Positions 52,542 to 63,660 of a stretch of DNA of 64,000 nt are shown here, piece by piece. The notes beneath the pieces are model-generated. The model did no database searches and was not told the DNA's origin. It was given only the letters and a program-made list of their open reading frames with translations. This DNA comes from Moniliella sp. 'wahieum' (Eukaryota). The stretch lies in NCBI GenBank assembly GCA_003971905.1, contig RSEE01000050.1, positions 124,001 to 188,000 on the forward strand, given 5' to 3'. Made by a program: the position numbers and the translations under genes. Position 1 is the first letter of the stretch; every line of letters begins with the position of its first letter.

Positions 52542-53273
52542 TTTGTGCTTATTTGAAGTATAGGGGGAGGAGGGCAGAGGCAATGGGGGGCGCACAGGAA
52601 ACGGCGAGTCAGAGGCGTGCAGTCAAGGAGAGACGTTTGGCATCATATCGTGATAGCATGTCCAAGCTGTAGCCGTGTAAAGCTTGCATCATGGCAACAG
52701 CTGCAAGCTTCGAGGACGAAGCGCCTCTTATCTCTGTTGCGTCGACCGCCCGACATGGGGCAAAATACATCATCAATCGTGCGCAGACCTCGTAGCTCCA
52801 AGGGTCGCTGGTCACGTGATGCGTCACCACCCTGCGGGGCACTGGCACAGCCAAAGCGAGGCGGAATTGGCGAGGCACCAGGCGGGATCTGGCCTTGCAA
52901 TGGCTGGCAGGCGTGTGGGGACGTGAGCGGGGGGCCCAGGGGGGTGGGCGCGCGCTGGCACAGGGGCAGCCGGGAGAGCGCGAGTAGGGTGGGTGGGGAG
53001 CTGAGCGGCTGAAAGTTGAAAGGCAGATCGCAGCAGCGATCGTCACTTGCATCCCGCCCGTCCCCGCACAGCGCCAGACACGCCAAGCTTGGCGCACCCC
53101 AACAGTGTGTCCTCCAACCCCGCCTTGCAAAACCTCTTCCGGCTGACAGGCTCCGCCTGTCCGCTACCCTCCGTCACCATCACCACCCTCCGAGGCCCTG
53201 GTTCCCACCCCCCTCCATTCCTCCCTCGCAGGACGCACCCTCCCATCACCTCGGTTCTCCTCCTCCATCCACC

Positions 53274-54056
53274 ATGGGACGTGCGACCGACTTTTGCTGT
53301 TTCGTGTGTGCGCTGCCCCTTTGCCTTTGCCATGCGAGGCCAGCCGCAGGCGGGATGAGAAACTGACCCCTACCTCGTTCCTTTCCAGGCGCTTCCGCTC
53401 TTCAATAGCGGCACCTATGGCATTCTCCTTCTCAATTTCCTCATGGGGATTGCTGGTGTGGCATCGCCTTTGGTCCTCCCGAGATTGTAGCGCTGTCGGG
53501 GGTGTCCTTGGCCTGGACCAAGTACTTGATTGGCATCATCTCCATCCTCCTTGCCGTCTGGCAAGCCGTCGGTGCGGTCGGCATTGCTTCCGAGCGACCT
53601 AGTATCTTCCGTCTTTACCTCCTGGTTCACCGTATCGCGCTCCTTCTTCTGCTGCTGTTTTCGATTATCTTCCTGATTGTGGGAGGTGCGCAGCACTCCA
53701 AAGTCCGGTCTCATTGCCTCGCTGAATTTGGCTTCAACCCGCCTGTGGATACGTCGAACGTGTCGGACTTTCAGAGCGTCAGCGCCGACACGTTCCGGAC
53801 GGTCAGCTACAACTTGTGCAACAAGTTCATTTCGGCCCAAGTGGGATGCATGGCTGGCCTGATCGTCATTCTGACCGGGCTGGAGGTACGTGTTGAAAGC
53901 ATTTATTCCGATGGCTTAGCTTGTTTGCTTGGAGACTAACTCTTCCCATTTTCCCTCTCGTGGTATTTTCAGTGCTACTTTGTTTTCTTGCTCACTGTCT
54001 ACAGCCGCAAGATGTTTGACTCCTTGAGCACTTCAAGGCCTGATGTGTGCGCCTGA
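53274..54056 (+). CDS. Four-TM, tetraspanin-like small membrane protein (two introns, second 53886-53972)
   Basis: MGRATDFCC start, three hydrophobic helices, Cys-containing loop (SHCLAEF...NLCNKF), fourth helix spliced to CYFVFLLTVYSRKMF...DVCA*. Confidence 0.7.
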
Positions 54057-54689
54057 CACACGAAGCCTTCTTCGCGATCCCTTTGCTTCTGCACCTCCGT
54101 TTGCTTCGATACGGTTTCGTTGATTACCGTTGTCCTTCGTTCCTCTTCCCTTTTTTCGTGTAGCCTTTGTATTTTTGCCCTTCTATCTACACACTTAAGC
54201 ATCCCCTCTTGTTCGTTTTGGCAAGGTGCTAAAAGGATCGCTGGCTTCGACTGTACCCACGCAGACGCTCCCGTTGACTGAAACTGAAGAACCGAAAAGT
54301 GGGAGTAATGAACGTGCTTGCCCGAGATGGTGGCCGCGGTTGCCAGGTGCGACGGGAGTTCAGAATGGGCGAGGGTCGAGCTGGGCTAGCCCGTTCCGTA
54401 CTGTGTCCGGGCGAACATGCAGCCTTGCGTTGTAACATTGTGAGAGGCCACTGAAAGGAGAGAACTGTGGTTGAACGTTGAGAGTTTGTTGGCTGGCTTC
54501 AAGCTTGATTGCATTGCCCGGATTGACTTTTTTGCTAGATGAGATAAACAATACTTCTAACTTACAGTATACCTTGTCAAGTGACGAGTGCTAGTGACGC
54601 TGGACACACCGCCTGACATGCTGCTGACAGCTTGAGTATATATATGTTGGCCATCACGAATCATATCTCGGCACCTCTTTCCAAATAGC

Positions 54690-57400
54690 GAACTTAGCCA
54701 CCGTTCCCCGGTCCGCCGTCGCCACCTTAGCCACCGTTCCCCCGGTCCCCTTCGCCACCTTAGCCACCGTTCCACCGTCGCTACCGTTCCACGCTGGACC
54801 CCTTCCACGCTGGAGAGGGCAAATAATATCACCGATTCTCTGGCTGCGGTGGCTGGGGACGTGGCACCGGTCGGCACGTGCCTATGACGCAAAAGTGTGC
54901 AAAAATCGCACCGCCAATCTTATGGTCACCAAGGCCGACCGCCTCATTCGGGAGGGCTGTCTCAGCCGCGCAGCAAGTACCCTCGTCGGCCAATCCACCA
55001 TTGCCCCTCTCACCCCCGAGACCCAGGCAAGCCTGGAAAAGCTCCACCCCGTTGGAGAGGCGAACCCCTTCAGCCTCGGCCCGGGCACAGCCTTTGGCAA
55101 CACCACCCCGCACTCGTCCCACCCACACAGGCCGCGTGGTACCGCCGGGCACCACCCTCACCGACACGACGGACAGTGACCGCATCGTGGTGGACTTGGA
55201 CGAAATCGACTTTGTTGCTTTGATTGCCACATTCAGAATCGACGTTGGGGCAGGTCTATCCGGGTGGACCCAGCCCCTCCTAAGAACGGCCCTTGAAAGC
55301 AAGCGCTTCGTCGCCTTTCTCATCGCCCTCACCAAGAGTATTTACCACGGCACTGCCCAGGACGCGAGCTCCTGTTGGCCTCCCGCCTTACCCCCCTGGA
55401 GAAGGCATCGGGCGGCATCCGCCCCATCGCCTGTGGGGAGCTGATCTACCGCCTATGCGCCAAAGGCATCGCTCGAGCGATCTCCCCCAACAGCTGGCTT
55501 CTCCCCACCCAGTTGGGAGTAGCATCGCAAAACGGGGTGGAGCCTATCGTACGGATGGTCGAGCGCATGACAGCGCCAGGCGGGGAGAACGATGCGGAAC
55601 TGGGCGACTTCAGCCACGTCGCCATGCTCGACTTTACCAACGCCTTCAACACTGTGCGCCGTCGCACACTCGCCAAGGCGCTCCATGCTACGCCCCCCAT
55701 CTCCTCACCTTGGGCCGATGGATCTATGGTTCCCCCACCCAGCTTTGGGTCGCGTCGGCGGAAATGAGACCAGCGTCCTGTCGGCAGAGGGCGTACGGCA
55801 GGGCGACCCCCTCGCCCCCTTTTTTTCTCCATCGCAGTGCGGCCCACGCTAGAGAAGTTGAGCATTGCTCTGCCGGGACACCTGGTGATGGCATACCTGG
55901 ACGACATCACGATTTTCGGTCCAGAGCCAGGCATTACCGGCCTAGCCGCGGAGATTTTGGAAGACGACGCGTCAGGCCTCAAGCTCAACCTGCGCAAGTG
56001 TGTCGAGCGGGACCGGGATCAGATTCGGGAGGATGGTCTGCAGGTTCTGGGCACTTGTGTGGGAGGGGTAGACTGTCGTCGATCGTGGCTCCGGGCCCAA
56101 CTGGCCGGTCTGAGGGAGAACATGCCTAGTTTGATGGCATCACCCGCCAGGGACGCCTCTTACTGTGGCGGCTCAGCACTCAGACCAAGCTGCGCCACCT
56201 GCTCCGCACCATGCAGATGGAAGGAGAGCTCGACGACGTGCTGGCCGAGATTGTGCCTTCATCTGTACGGAGTTCAGACGGATCCGGGGCGACGAGGATC
56301 CCCAAGGTGCCAAGGACGACCACTTCGACATGCTCATGAGCCTGCCTCTCCGGCTGGGAGTGGCAGCCCGCTTTACTCGTATATCGCGCCCCACGCCCGT
56401 GCCGCGGCCACGAGGTCAACGACTATCTTATTACCACTTATGTTGACCGTTCGGGACCGCAAACGGCAAGGGCCAACGCATTTACGAAGCAACGCCAGCG
56501 CTGCCGCGAGATGTGGGAGCAAAGTCGACAGGAGCTGCTCCAGAAGCTGGACGCTGCCGATGGTCGCCATGTGGTTGAGCACAGCAACCCGCTGAGCCAC
56601 AACTGGCTCTCCGCCATTCCATCCGTCCGTACCTCAAGCTCTCTGACCAGCAGGTCCAGGTTGGTCTCCAGCTCCGCACGCTGTGCCGCACCACGCGCAG
56701 CATGTGCAAGTGGCGTCATGTCCTCGCTGGAACACATCATGTCCTGCACCCGCACCCAGGCCAAGTTTGGTGCGTTGCATGAGGCAGTGCGGGAGCCCAT
56801 TCTCCAGCTCCTACGCTCCATCCCCGACACCCACGTCCACAACGAACCTATGGTGGAGGAAGAGGATGGGACGAGGCGGACGGAAGGCACAGCGCACCGA
56901 CTACCGCGTGATGGGGCCCGGAGCCACTGGGAGGAACCGGAATGGAGGTAGACCATACGCTGCGACGACGGGATCGCAGGAGGCGCAGAGCGCGTACGGC
57001 GGGGGTGCATGAGAGCACTGCGTCGCCTTTGGAACGCCGGGAGAAAGGAACTGCTTCGGCTGCTTGAACAGCAGAATGCGACAAGAACGCCAAGTACCAG
57101 GGACGCACTCAAGAAACGTTTTCCCCCCTGGTTTTGACGACGCGAGGATACTACGGCACCAAGACGGCGGCAAGTTGTTTGCGCACTGGAAGGAGTTGGC
57201 TACTAAGTCTCAGTGGAAATGGTTCCTCGCTCGGATGTCAACCACGTTTCCGTGTCCACACGCGCTTCCTAGGGTACGGGACCGGATGGCGAGAGCCGGA
57301 GGGTCCTGATATCCTGGCGATCCCCTGGTTCCTTGACCTTAGTGGCGCTTCCAAGTTAACCCCCGCAAGATGAACGGTTCGGTTTAGACGTAGCGTTCCC
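54690..57400 (+). mobile_element. Non-LTR retrotransposon, CRE/SLACS-like clade (RT + CCHC finger + restriction-like endonuclease); ends not defined
   Basis: LEKLHP, RLTPLEKASGGIRPIACGELIYRL, QLGVASQNGVE, LDFTNAFN, GVRQGDPLAP, YLDDITI, GLKLNLRKC; then C..C...HIMSC, HEAV, EP, RTDYRV, KYQ. No APE domain and no LTRs were seen. Confidence 0.85.
54693..54793 (+). repeat. Three copies of a 33-bp tandem repeat (CTTAGCCACCGTTCC...)
   Basis: Units start at 54693, 54726 and 54759, just upstream of the RT ORF. Confidence 0.85.
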
Positions 57401-57668
57401 CTGTCCCAGCCTTAAGCTTTTGTCAATGAAATGGACGTGATATGTAACATGTAACATGAACCGCAGTAATTTTCGTTTTTCGATGACAGGCTGACGAAAG
57501 ATCGAGGGCAATGCAGATGGTTATCCCGGTGAAAGTGGCCGTCGATCTCGAGGTCATCCGCCATATCGCGCTCAGCCTCAGTCCTCGCTGAGGGGCTGAG
57601 CCCCAGCGGCGACCGGTGTCAGGTAAGGTGTGACCTGTGAGTGACGGGCACGCAGAAGCTGGAAGCTG

Positions 57669-57980
57669 GATGCTTCGTTACGTGTTACGTGGTAACGTTT
57701 CACGGTACTAAGCACGGTGAATATGAGATTCGAACGGCGACCATTGCGCCCTCGAGACTGTGTGCACCTGGGATGTGCGCTTGGCATATTCCCTTTTGGT
57801 GCGGAAGGAGAGGGAAGATGTGGTTCTGAGGAGAGGTATATAGGCTGTGAGAAGCGTAAGACGTTATATCGCTGAGGGTACGGGGCGCAGAGGGAGTGTA
57901 CGGGCGGATCTACGAGGGTGATGCCTACCATGCAGGAGGGGTGATTGAGCCGCCGTCTGGCATGGTCGCAACGCTTGCTG
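57669..57980 (+). repeat. Left copy of ~312-bp direct repeat, abutting the left TIR
   Basis: GATGCTTCGTTACGTG...GCAACGCTTGCTG matches 63345-63660, with 8 small differences by eye. Confidence 0.97.
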
Positions 57981-58463
57981 CATAGCTAATCGAAATTTCT
58001 AGCCCAGAACCTTGCCGGCCACACCACAAGCTTGTCTTTAGATTTGAGGGGCACAACTTGTCACAGCCCGCCAACACAGCTAGCCCCAACCTCTTGGACC
58101 ACACCGCGGCAAGGCCGCCCAGCGAGGTTGTCCCTAGATTGCGGCCTATAAAGCTCGTCGCAACCTTGTCCGTTATTCTAGTCGCAATATTTTGTGAACG
58201 GCGGCCAGCCTCGAGTCATCTTAAAAAAGGAGGCCGACCCACGAATTGAACCTGAGGTTTCTCCAGCGAATAGTAGGAATTGGCCGTTGCACCAATGGAG
58301 CCTAAGACCTCAGCAGCAATTTGGAGATCGTTGGGCAGCCACACGTGCTGTGTCCGCTTTCAGCCAAGTCGCTAAAAACTGATAGACTGTGATGGTGTAG
58401 AGTATACATCAACAGTGGTGACTACCATCATTAGTGGCCATTCGGGAAGGATCTAAAGGTTCA

Positions 58464-61400
58464 TTACGGATTGTACTGCCTCCAATACATCGTCGGCAGA
58501 AGGGACATTCTCGCCCTCGACCGCCCAGTCCTGGGCAAAAGCCAAGTCCCCAAGTCGCAGAATATCGGTGTGGGGAGAGAGACAGAGTTGACAAAGTGGT
58601 TGAGCAAGTAGCGCTGTACCGCCGACGTCGCAGACAAGTTGTGCTGGAGCCCATCGGACGTCAAGCCAGTGGTTGTATCCGTAATGCTGTTGGGGACAAC
58701 CCGGCACTTTTTGGCCTTCACGCAATTGTGCTGGACGTTAAGCGGGCCAAAGATGGTGTGGATCTGCGAAGCCGGAATGTAAGTCATGCGTCGGGCGGAC
58801 GCGCGCGGTAGCTCCAGGCCTCGCATGTCATATGCCGAGTCGATAGGCATGATGCGAGCCAAAGCGACATTGACCCAAAGCACAGGGAGCACAAGGTTGG
58901 AACCAGTCCTCGCTGCTCCCGACCCCATCGCAAGTCGGATTGGCCCGCCGGTGCACAGCAACCATATTAGGCCGTTGGGCGGCAACGTGTTCTATCCAGC
59001 CAATGGAAAAGGGCGGCGCATCATGATTCTGGGCATGGCGGGGTGGGGGGACGTCACCAATATCCTGTTGGGTAACAAGCACCCAGTCCCCCCTGGCACA
59101 AAGCTGGCCATGCTGTACGCGGACCAACGGCATGTCGACAATATCTTCGACCGGCCCAGTGGCAGAACGCCGCTCTGCTGTCATTGGTTCAGGAAGCCCA
59201 ACCTTGTCGTGCACCGATATGACTTTGGCCTTAGCCACAGTCTGGATCGAAGCCGGACACGATCCAGCGCTGGAAGGGCTGTTGCGGCCGGCACCGGGTG
59301 CGGGAGGGACTTGCCACACACTGCCGAGCCCTTGGCCCAAGAGCTGAATCGTCGTGCCAGCTTGAGGCGGTGTACCATTCAATTGCAAAGCTGCTCGGCC
59401 CCTGCCGATCCAGACCTCTGCGGACAATTTCTTGGTGTTCCCACCGGGCAGACCCTGTGTCACATCCTCCCCTTCATCGTCAGGGGTTGTATCGCGGGAC
59501 ACGAGTTTTGCACGCGGCATGTCGATTGCCCGCCCTCCACATAGCAGGTTTTGCAGGTTCTCCTGGGCTGCTACCTTGTAGTTCAAGTCGCAGCATATAT
59601 CTTTGCGGTTCGTAAATATTACCGCATTGCGCATGACGCGGACAAACTCCTCCTCACGCTGTGTGTCAGCGTTCTTGAGAGGACCCCACAACAGCGCCCG
59701 CTGGGAGGTGACTCAGAAGGTGGAACTTGGGGCGACGAACGAGCATGGCCGGGTCGATGGCAGCGATGGCCATGAAAATGTGAATCACCGCCTTGTCAAG
59801 CAGTTCCTGTGGGCACATCTGTACGGGGCAGAATGTAAGCTGTGAACTTGGACTAGCGAAGATGATCACGGGCCTAGGAGAGCTAGCAGTTTCAGACGTA
59901 CGCCATATGTAGCTCGGTCTTGAAATGCTAAGCTATCGATGTAGCAAAGCCACTTAATGCGGCGGCCACAATGCACTTGCGGACATTCTCCAGCCTCTCA
60001 ATCTTGCTCAGAAGTCTCTGTCTCGCCATTTCCGTGACGCCGGGCTTGGCGGAGTCCAACCGCAGAGTGGCCACCAACTTGGGCAGCACCAGAGGGAGAG
60101 TCTGGCATAATATCTTGCAGTCAACCCCCGTGATGACTGAGCGCATGCTGTGAACCACTTTAGTGCCATTGAGCCGTCGACCCACCGATTCCATGCCCCA
60201 CGAGTTGAACGAATCCAGCCACAGCGCTAGCGAGGGCCCCTTATCGAAGTTCGAGTCCGTCAGCAGCTCGATCGAGGCCTTGACTCGCCCAAGGAGAACT
60301 GTGTGCATGACGTCGATCGCCAGGCTCTTGCCGACCGAGAAACTCGAGCACCCCTGCCATTCGTGGACAGTCAAAAGGGGTTGAACACTTAGCCGTTGTT
60401 CTTGAACTCATCCAGCAGCTCACGAACGCCGGAGTCCAAATTGGAAAGCAGCCTCTTCCGCTTCTTGCCATTCGTCGCCCCGGCTGAGTCCTCCAGAGTC
60501 TTGCGGGACTTGAACAGGATAAAGGATACGTCTTTCATATACTTTTGTCGTTAACCCCGGTCTGGCTCGCCCGGTCGTCGACACGGCCGTCGTTCTTGAC
60601 GACCATGTCGAGTTATTGGTGATCGACTTCGCGCCTAGTTTCGACACTTGAACGTAGATCGCCTTTTCCGTCTTGATGTATCCGCCGGTTATATTCAGTC
60701 CCATTTTGATGCACAGCAGTAACACCAGTGGTGTCGTATACGCACAAGACAGTCAGCCACGTTCTCCGCCAACGTATTCGTTCCCCGTTGCCGTCCGCCA
60801 TCGCAAAAACGGCAGCACACGTGGGCAGTCATGCCCATAATGGAAGCCATCTCGTTCGCGGCCACGTTGTCGCCCTTTATCATCCGCAGCACGGGCTGTA
60901 CAGGATCCATCCCTCGGTGGTCGAATCCCAGACAGGGATGAGCTCTTCGTGATACTGCCTGCAAGTTCGAAAAAGACGTTAGCATGCTGCTTTTGCCCAG
61001 GAATCACGGCGACTTCAAAGGCAACTTGGCTTAGATTGCGATACTCACTTAGGGTTCTAGCGGTTTTACCAACTGCTCACACAACGGGAGGAGAGACTTG
61101 GCCGTTTCCGATGCAAAGAGGAAAAGGTTCCTTGCCCATCTAGACTGCGACCGTGAAACGTGCATGTTGCCAGCAGCATGCTGTTCAGAGAGCTTGGCCG
61201 ATTGGACACATTGTCTGCAAAACCATCAGCCCAGCCCACTAGCTGGAGACGGACCAGAGCTCGGCCACAGGCCTTGGCTCGAAGGGGATTGACGCTCTTC
61301 CCAATTTCCTCACCGTCCCTTGTTCCTGTGTCGTACCAGGATGTGGAAGTCATCAGTCAACCCGACAAGAATTGCCGCTGCGTGAAGAGCAAGAAAACTT

Positions 61401-62047
61401 ACTAATGGTATAGTCGTCGTAGAGGCGCAACTTGGTTATGTCCAACTGAGTAAGAATGAAGGCGCGTGTCCTGTTGCCGGTGAACTTCAGCAGGTTGGAC
61501 GTCTCGTCTTGGACCAGGTCGATTCCGATCCCGTGCCACGAGTCGCTATCAGCGTCGTGTTGCCATAAGACGGGAAAGATAGGCGCGAAATGCTGACCAG
61601 GTGAACAGATTCGCCAAGGTACATGTGAATGGCCAGATCGCGTGGATGCTTATTGAGCATGACCATCGGCTGAGTCCTTGTGCCGATCAGATCCCATCGT
61701 CCCTTGTGTGGTTCTTCAATGAACCCGTCCTTGAGGGCCTGGACAATCGCCCTGAGCGACCAGGGATTGGGATACTGACATCTTGGAGCGGATGGACGAG
61801 TTCGAGGACATGTATGAGGTGGAAAATGCGGTCTCGCCCGCGAAGGACCCAATGTATATCGTCTCCTGATACAACTGCTCGATACACACACGAGGCTGGC
61901 ACACCGTCTCGATTGCCTTTTAGTTTTGTTGAGCGAGTAAAGAGAGGCAATTTCCCTTCGCTCTTGACCGCGACTTGTGCGAATGCGGTCTTCTCTCGCA
62001 ACGAGACGGTTGGACTGGAGTATCGTGCTGTATATAGCTGCTGTCAC
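58464..62047 (-). CDS. Transposase, CACTA/EnSpm-related (fragmented by frameshifts and possibly introns; start uncertain)
   Basis: Ordered motifs NPLRAKACGR...WADG, IKGDNVAANEMAS...CCRFC, IDVMHTVLLGRVK, ITGVDCKILCQTLP, PKFHLLSHLP, WGPLKNADTQREEEF...FTNRKDIC, NVQHNC. Confidence 0.78.
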
Positions 62048-63021
62048 GACTATCTCAAGTGCGTAGCTTAAAAAAATCTATATATACTAAACGCTCAGGC
62101 TGCAGGTGGGCGCCTTGAGCTGGCGGTGGCGTGGGGGGGCAACACTGGCGCCATGCGGGTGGACCACCGGTGGGCCACCGGTGGTTCGCCTATAACCGCA
62201 CGCAGCTGCGCCGATGCGCTTGCCTCTCGACTACCACCACCACCGCCACCACCACCGCCTCTCTTCTCTCGTTGGCCACACACTACTACCAGAGCTGTTG
62301 CCGTGTGCACGGCTTGTACTAATCACCATGAATACGTGTGTGCTATCGCCGCCCACTGACGCCCCTGCCGTGCACGCGCCCGACCTCGGTACGTCCACGC
62401 CCCCCATGCTGTGATGCCTGCCGTCCTGACTGGCCTGTGCGCAGCCACCGGAACTGAGTCGGCCACGCCTGGCGGCACGGCCTTGCCTGATATCATTTGC
62501 GCCAAGATGCCGGTCATACCTCCCGAAGGCGAGTTGAAGATCAACGACGGGGGCGCTTCCAGCGGACGGTCGACGGCGACGGTTTCCCCGGCCAGGTCAG
62601 TACCTGCGCTTTGTCCTTATCCGCCCATATACTGACAACGCCTTTAAGCAGGATGATCGGAGAAGGCGCTCAAGTGCTGAGGAAACGACCACGGAACATA
62701 TGCAGGCTTGCACACAGATCATCGTTCGCCGTATGGTTGCGGGACTCATTCTCCCTCTCGAACGCGATGACGCTTCGTCCCCACGCCGCAATTGTATGGC
62801 TCTTGTATCTTTGCCCTTCGATCCCTATCATCTCCGTGTCCCCATGATGTTTTTGGTCTGCGATTAAACGACGAAGGCAAAGCTTCTGTGGTTGCCGCCG
62901 TCCTGAGGCTCCTCGAACAACCTGCCGTTGCCTTGGCGCTCCTCTACGTCTCTGTGTCTAAACAACCATGGCAATGTATGCTTTTAAAGATAATCCACTG
63001 CCTGATCTGATAGCATCGTGG

Positions 63022-63088
63022 CACCCTAGCCACCGCCCTAGCCACCACCTAGCCACCACCCTAGCCACCACCCTAGCCGCCAGCCTAG
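63022..63088 (+). repeat. Subterminal ~12-bp tandem repeat (CCTAGCCACCAC)n, about 6 units
   Basis: CTAG cores at 63026, 63038, 63049, 63061, 63073 and 63085, ~250 bp inside the right TIR. Confidence 0.85.
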
Positions 63089-63344
63089 TGAAAATATCTG
63101 TGGCTAGCCTTGCCACCAGCCTGCCAGCAAGGCTGCGGACTGTCCGGGGATAGGTGGGGGATAGCTGGGGGGGTAACCTGGGGCCAAGCTGTCGGGTATA
63201 GATTGTCTCGACCTTGGCGACCATCTTGCGCAGCTTTTCTTGTACAGGGTTGTGGCACTTCTAATCATAGACTCACGGTATCAATTTCTCACCTTGAGGC
63301 GAGATCGGCGGCAACGTTGTGACTAGAAATTTCGATTAGCTATG

Positions 63345-63660
63345 GATGCTTCGTTACGTGTTACGTGGTAACGTTTCACGGTACTAAGCACGGTGAATAT
63401 GAGATTCGAACGGCGACCATTGCGCCCTCCGAGACTGTGTGCACCAATGGGATGTGCGCTTGGCATATTCCCTTTTGGTGCGGAAGGAGAAGGGAAGATG
63501 TGGTTCTGAGGAGAGGTATAGAGGCTGTGAGAAGCGAAGACGTTATATCGCTGAGGGTACCGGGCGCAGAGGGAGTGTACGGGCGGATACTACGAGGGTG
63601 ATGCCTACCATGCAGGGGGGGTGATTGAGCCGCCGTCTGGCATGGTCGCAACGCTTGCTG
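63345..63660 (+). repeat. Right copy (316 bp) of the direct repeat, abutting the right TIR
   Basis: Begins at the base immediately after the TIR and matches 57669-57980. Confidence 0.97.

Larger units (their letters stand above)
57981..63344 (-). mobile_element. TIR DNA transposon, CACTA/EnSpm (CMC)-like fungal family, 5364 bp
   Basis: Perfect 22-bp TIRs: CATAGCTAATCGAAATTTCTAG at 57981-58002 and its reverse complement at 63323-63344. Internal transposase-like ORFs and subterminal repeats are present. Confidence 0.88.

Noticed and set aside
54693..54793. 33-bp periodic repeat resembling a mini CRISPR array
   Set aside because: Eukaryotic context, no unique spacers and no cas genes; it is a simple tandem repeat.
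57667..63660. The 312-bp direct repeats read as LTRs of a retrotransposon
   Set aside because: The left copy can be read TG...CA only by borrowing bases from the TIR, and the right copy ends TG-GG. No gag/pol, PBS or PPT is present, and the interior has TIRs and a DNA-transposase-like ORF.
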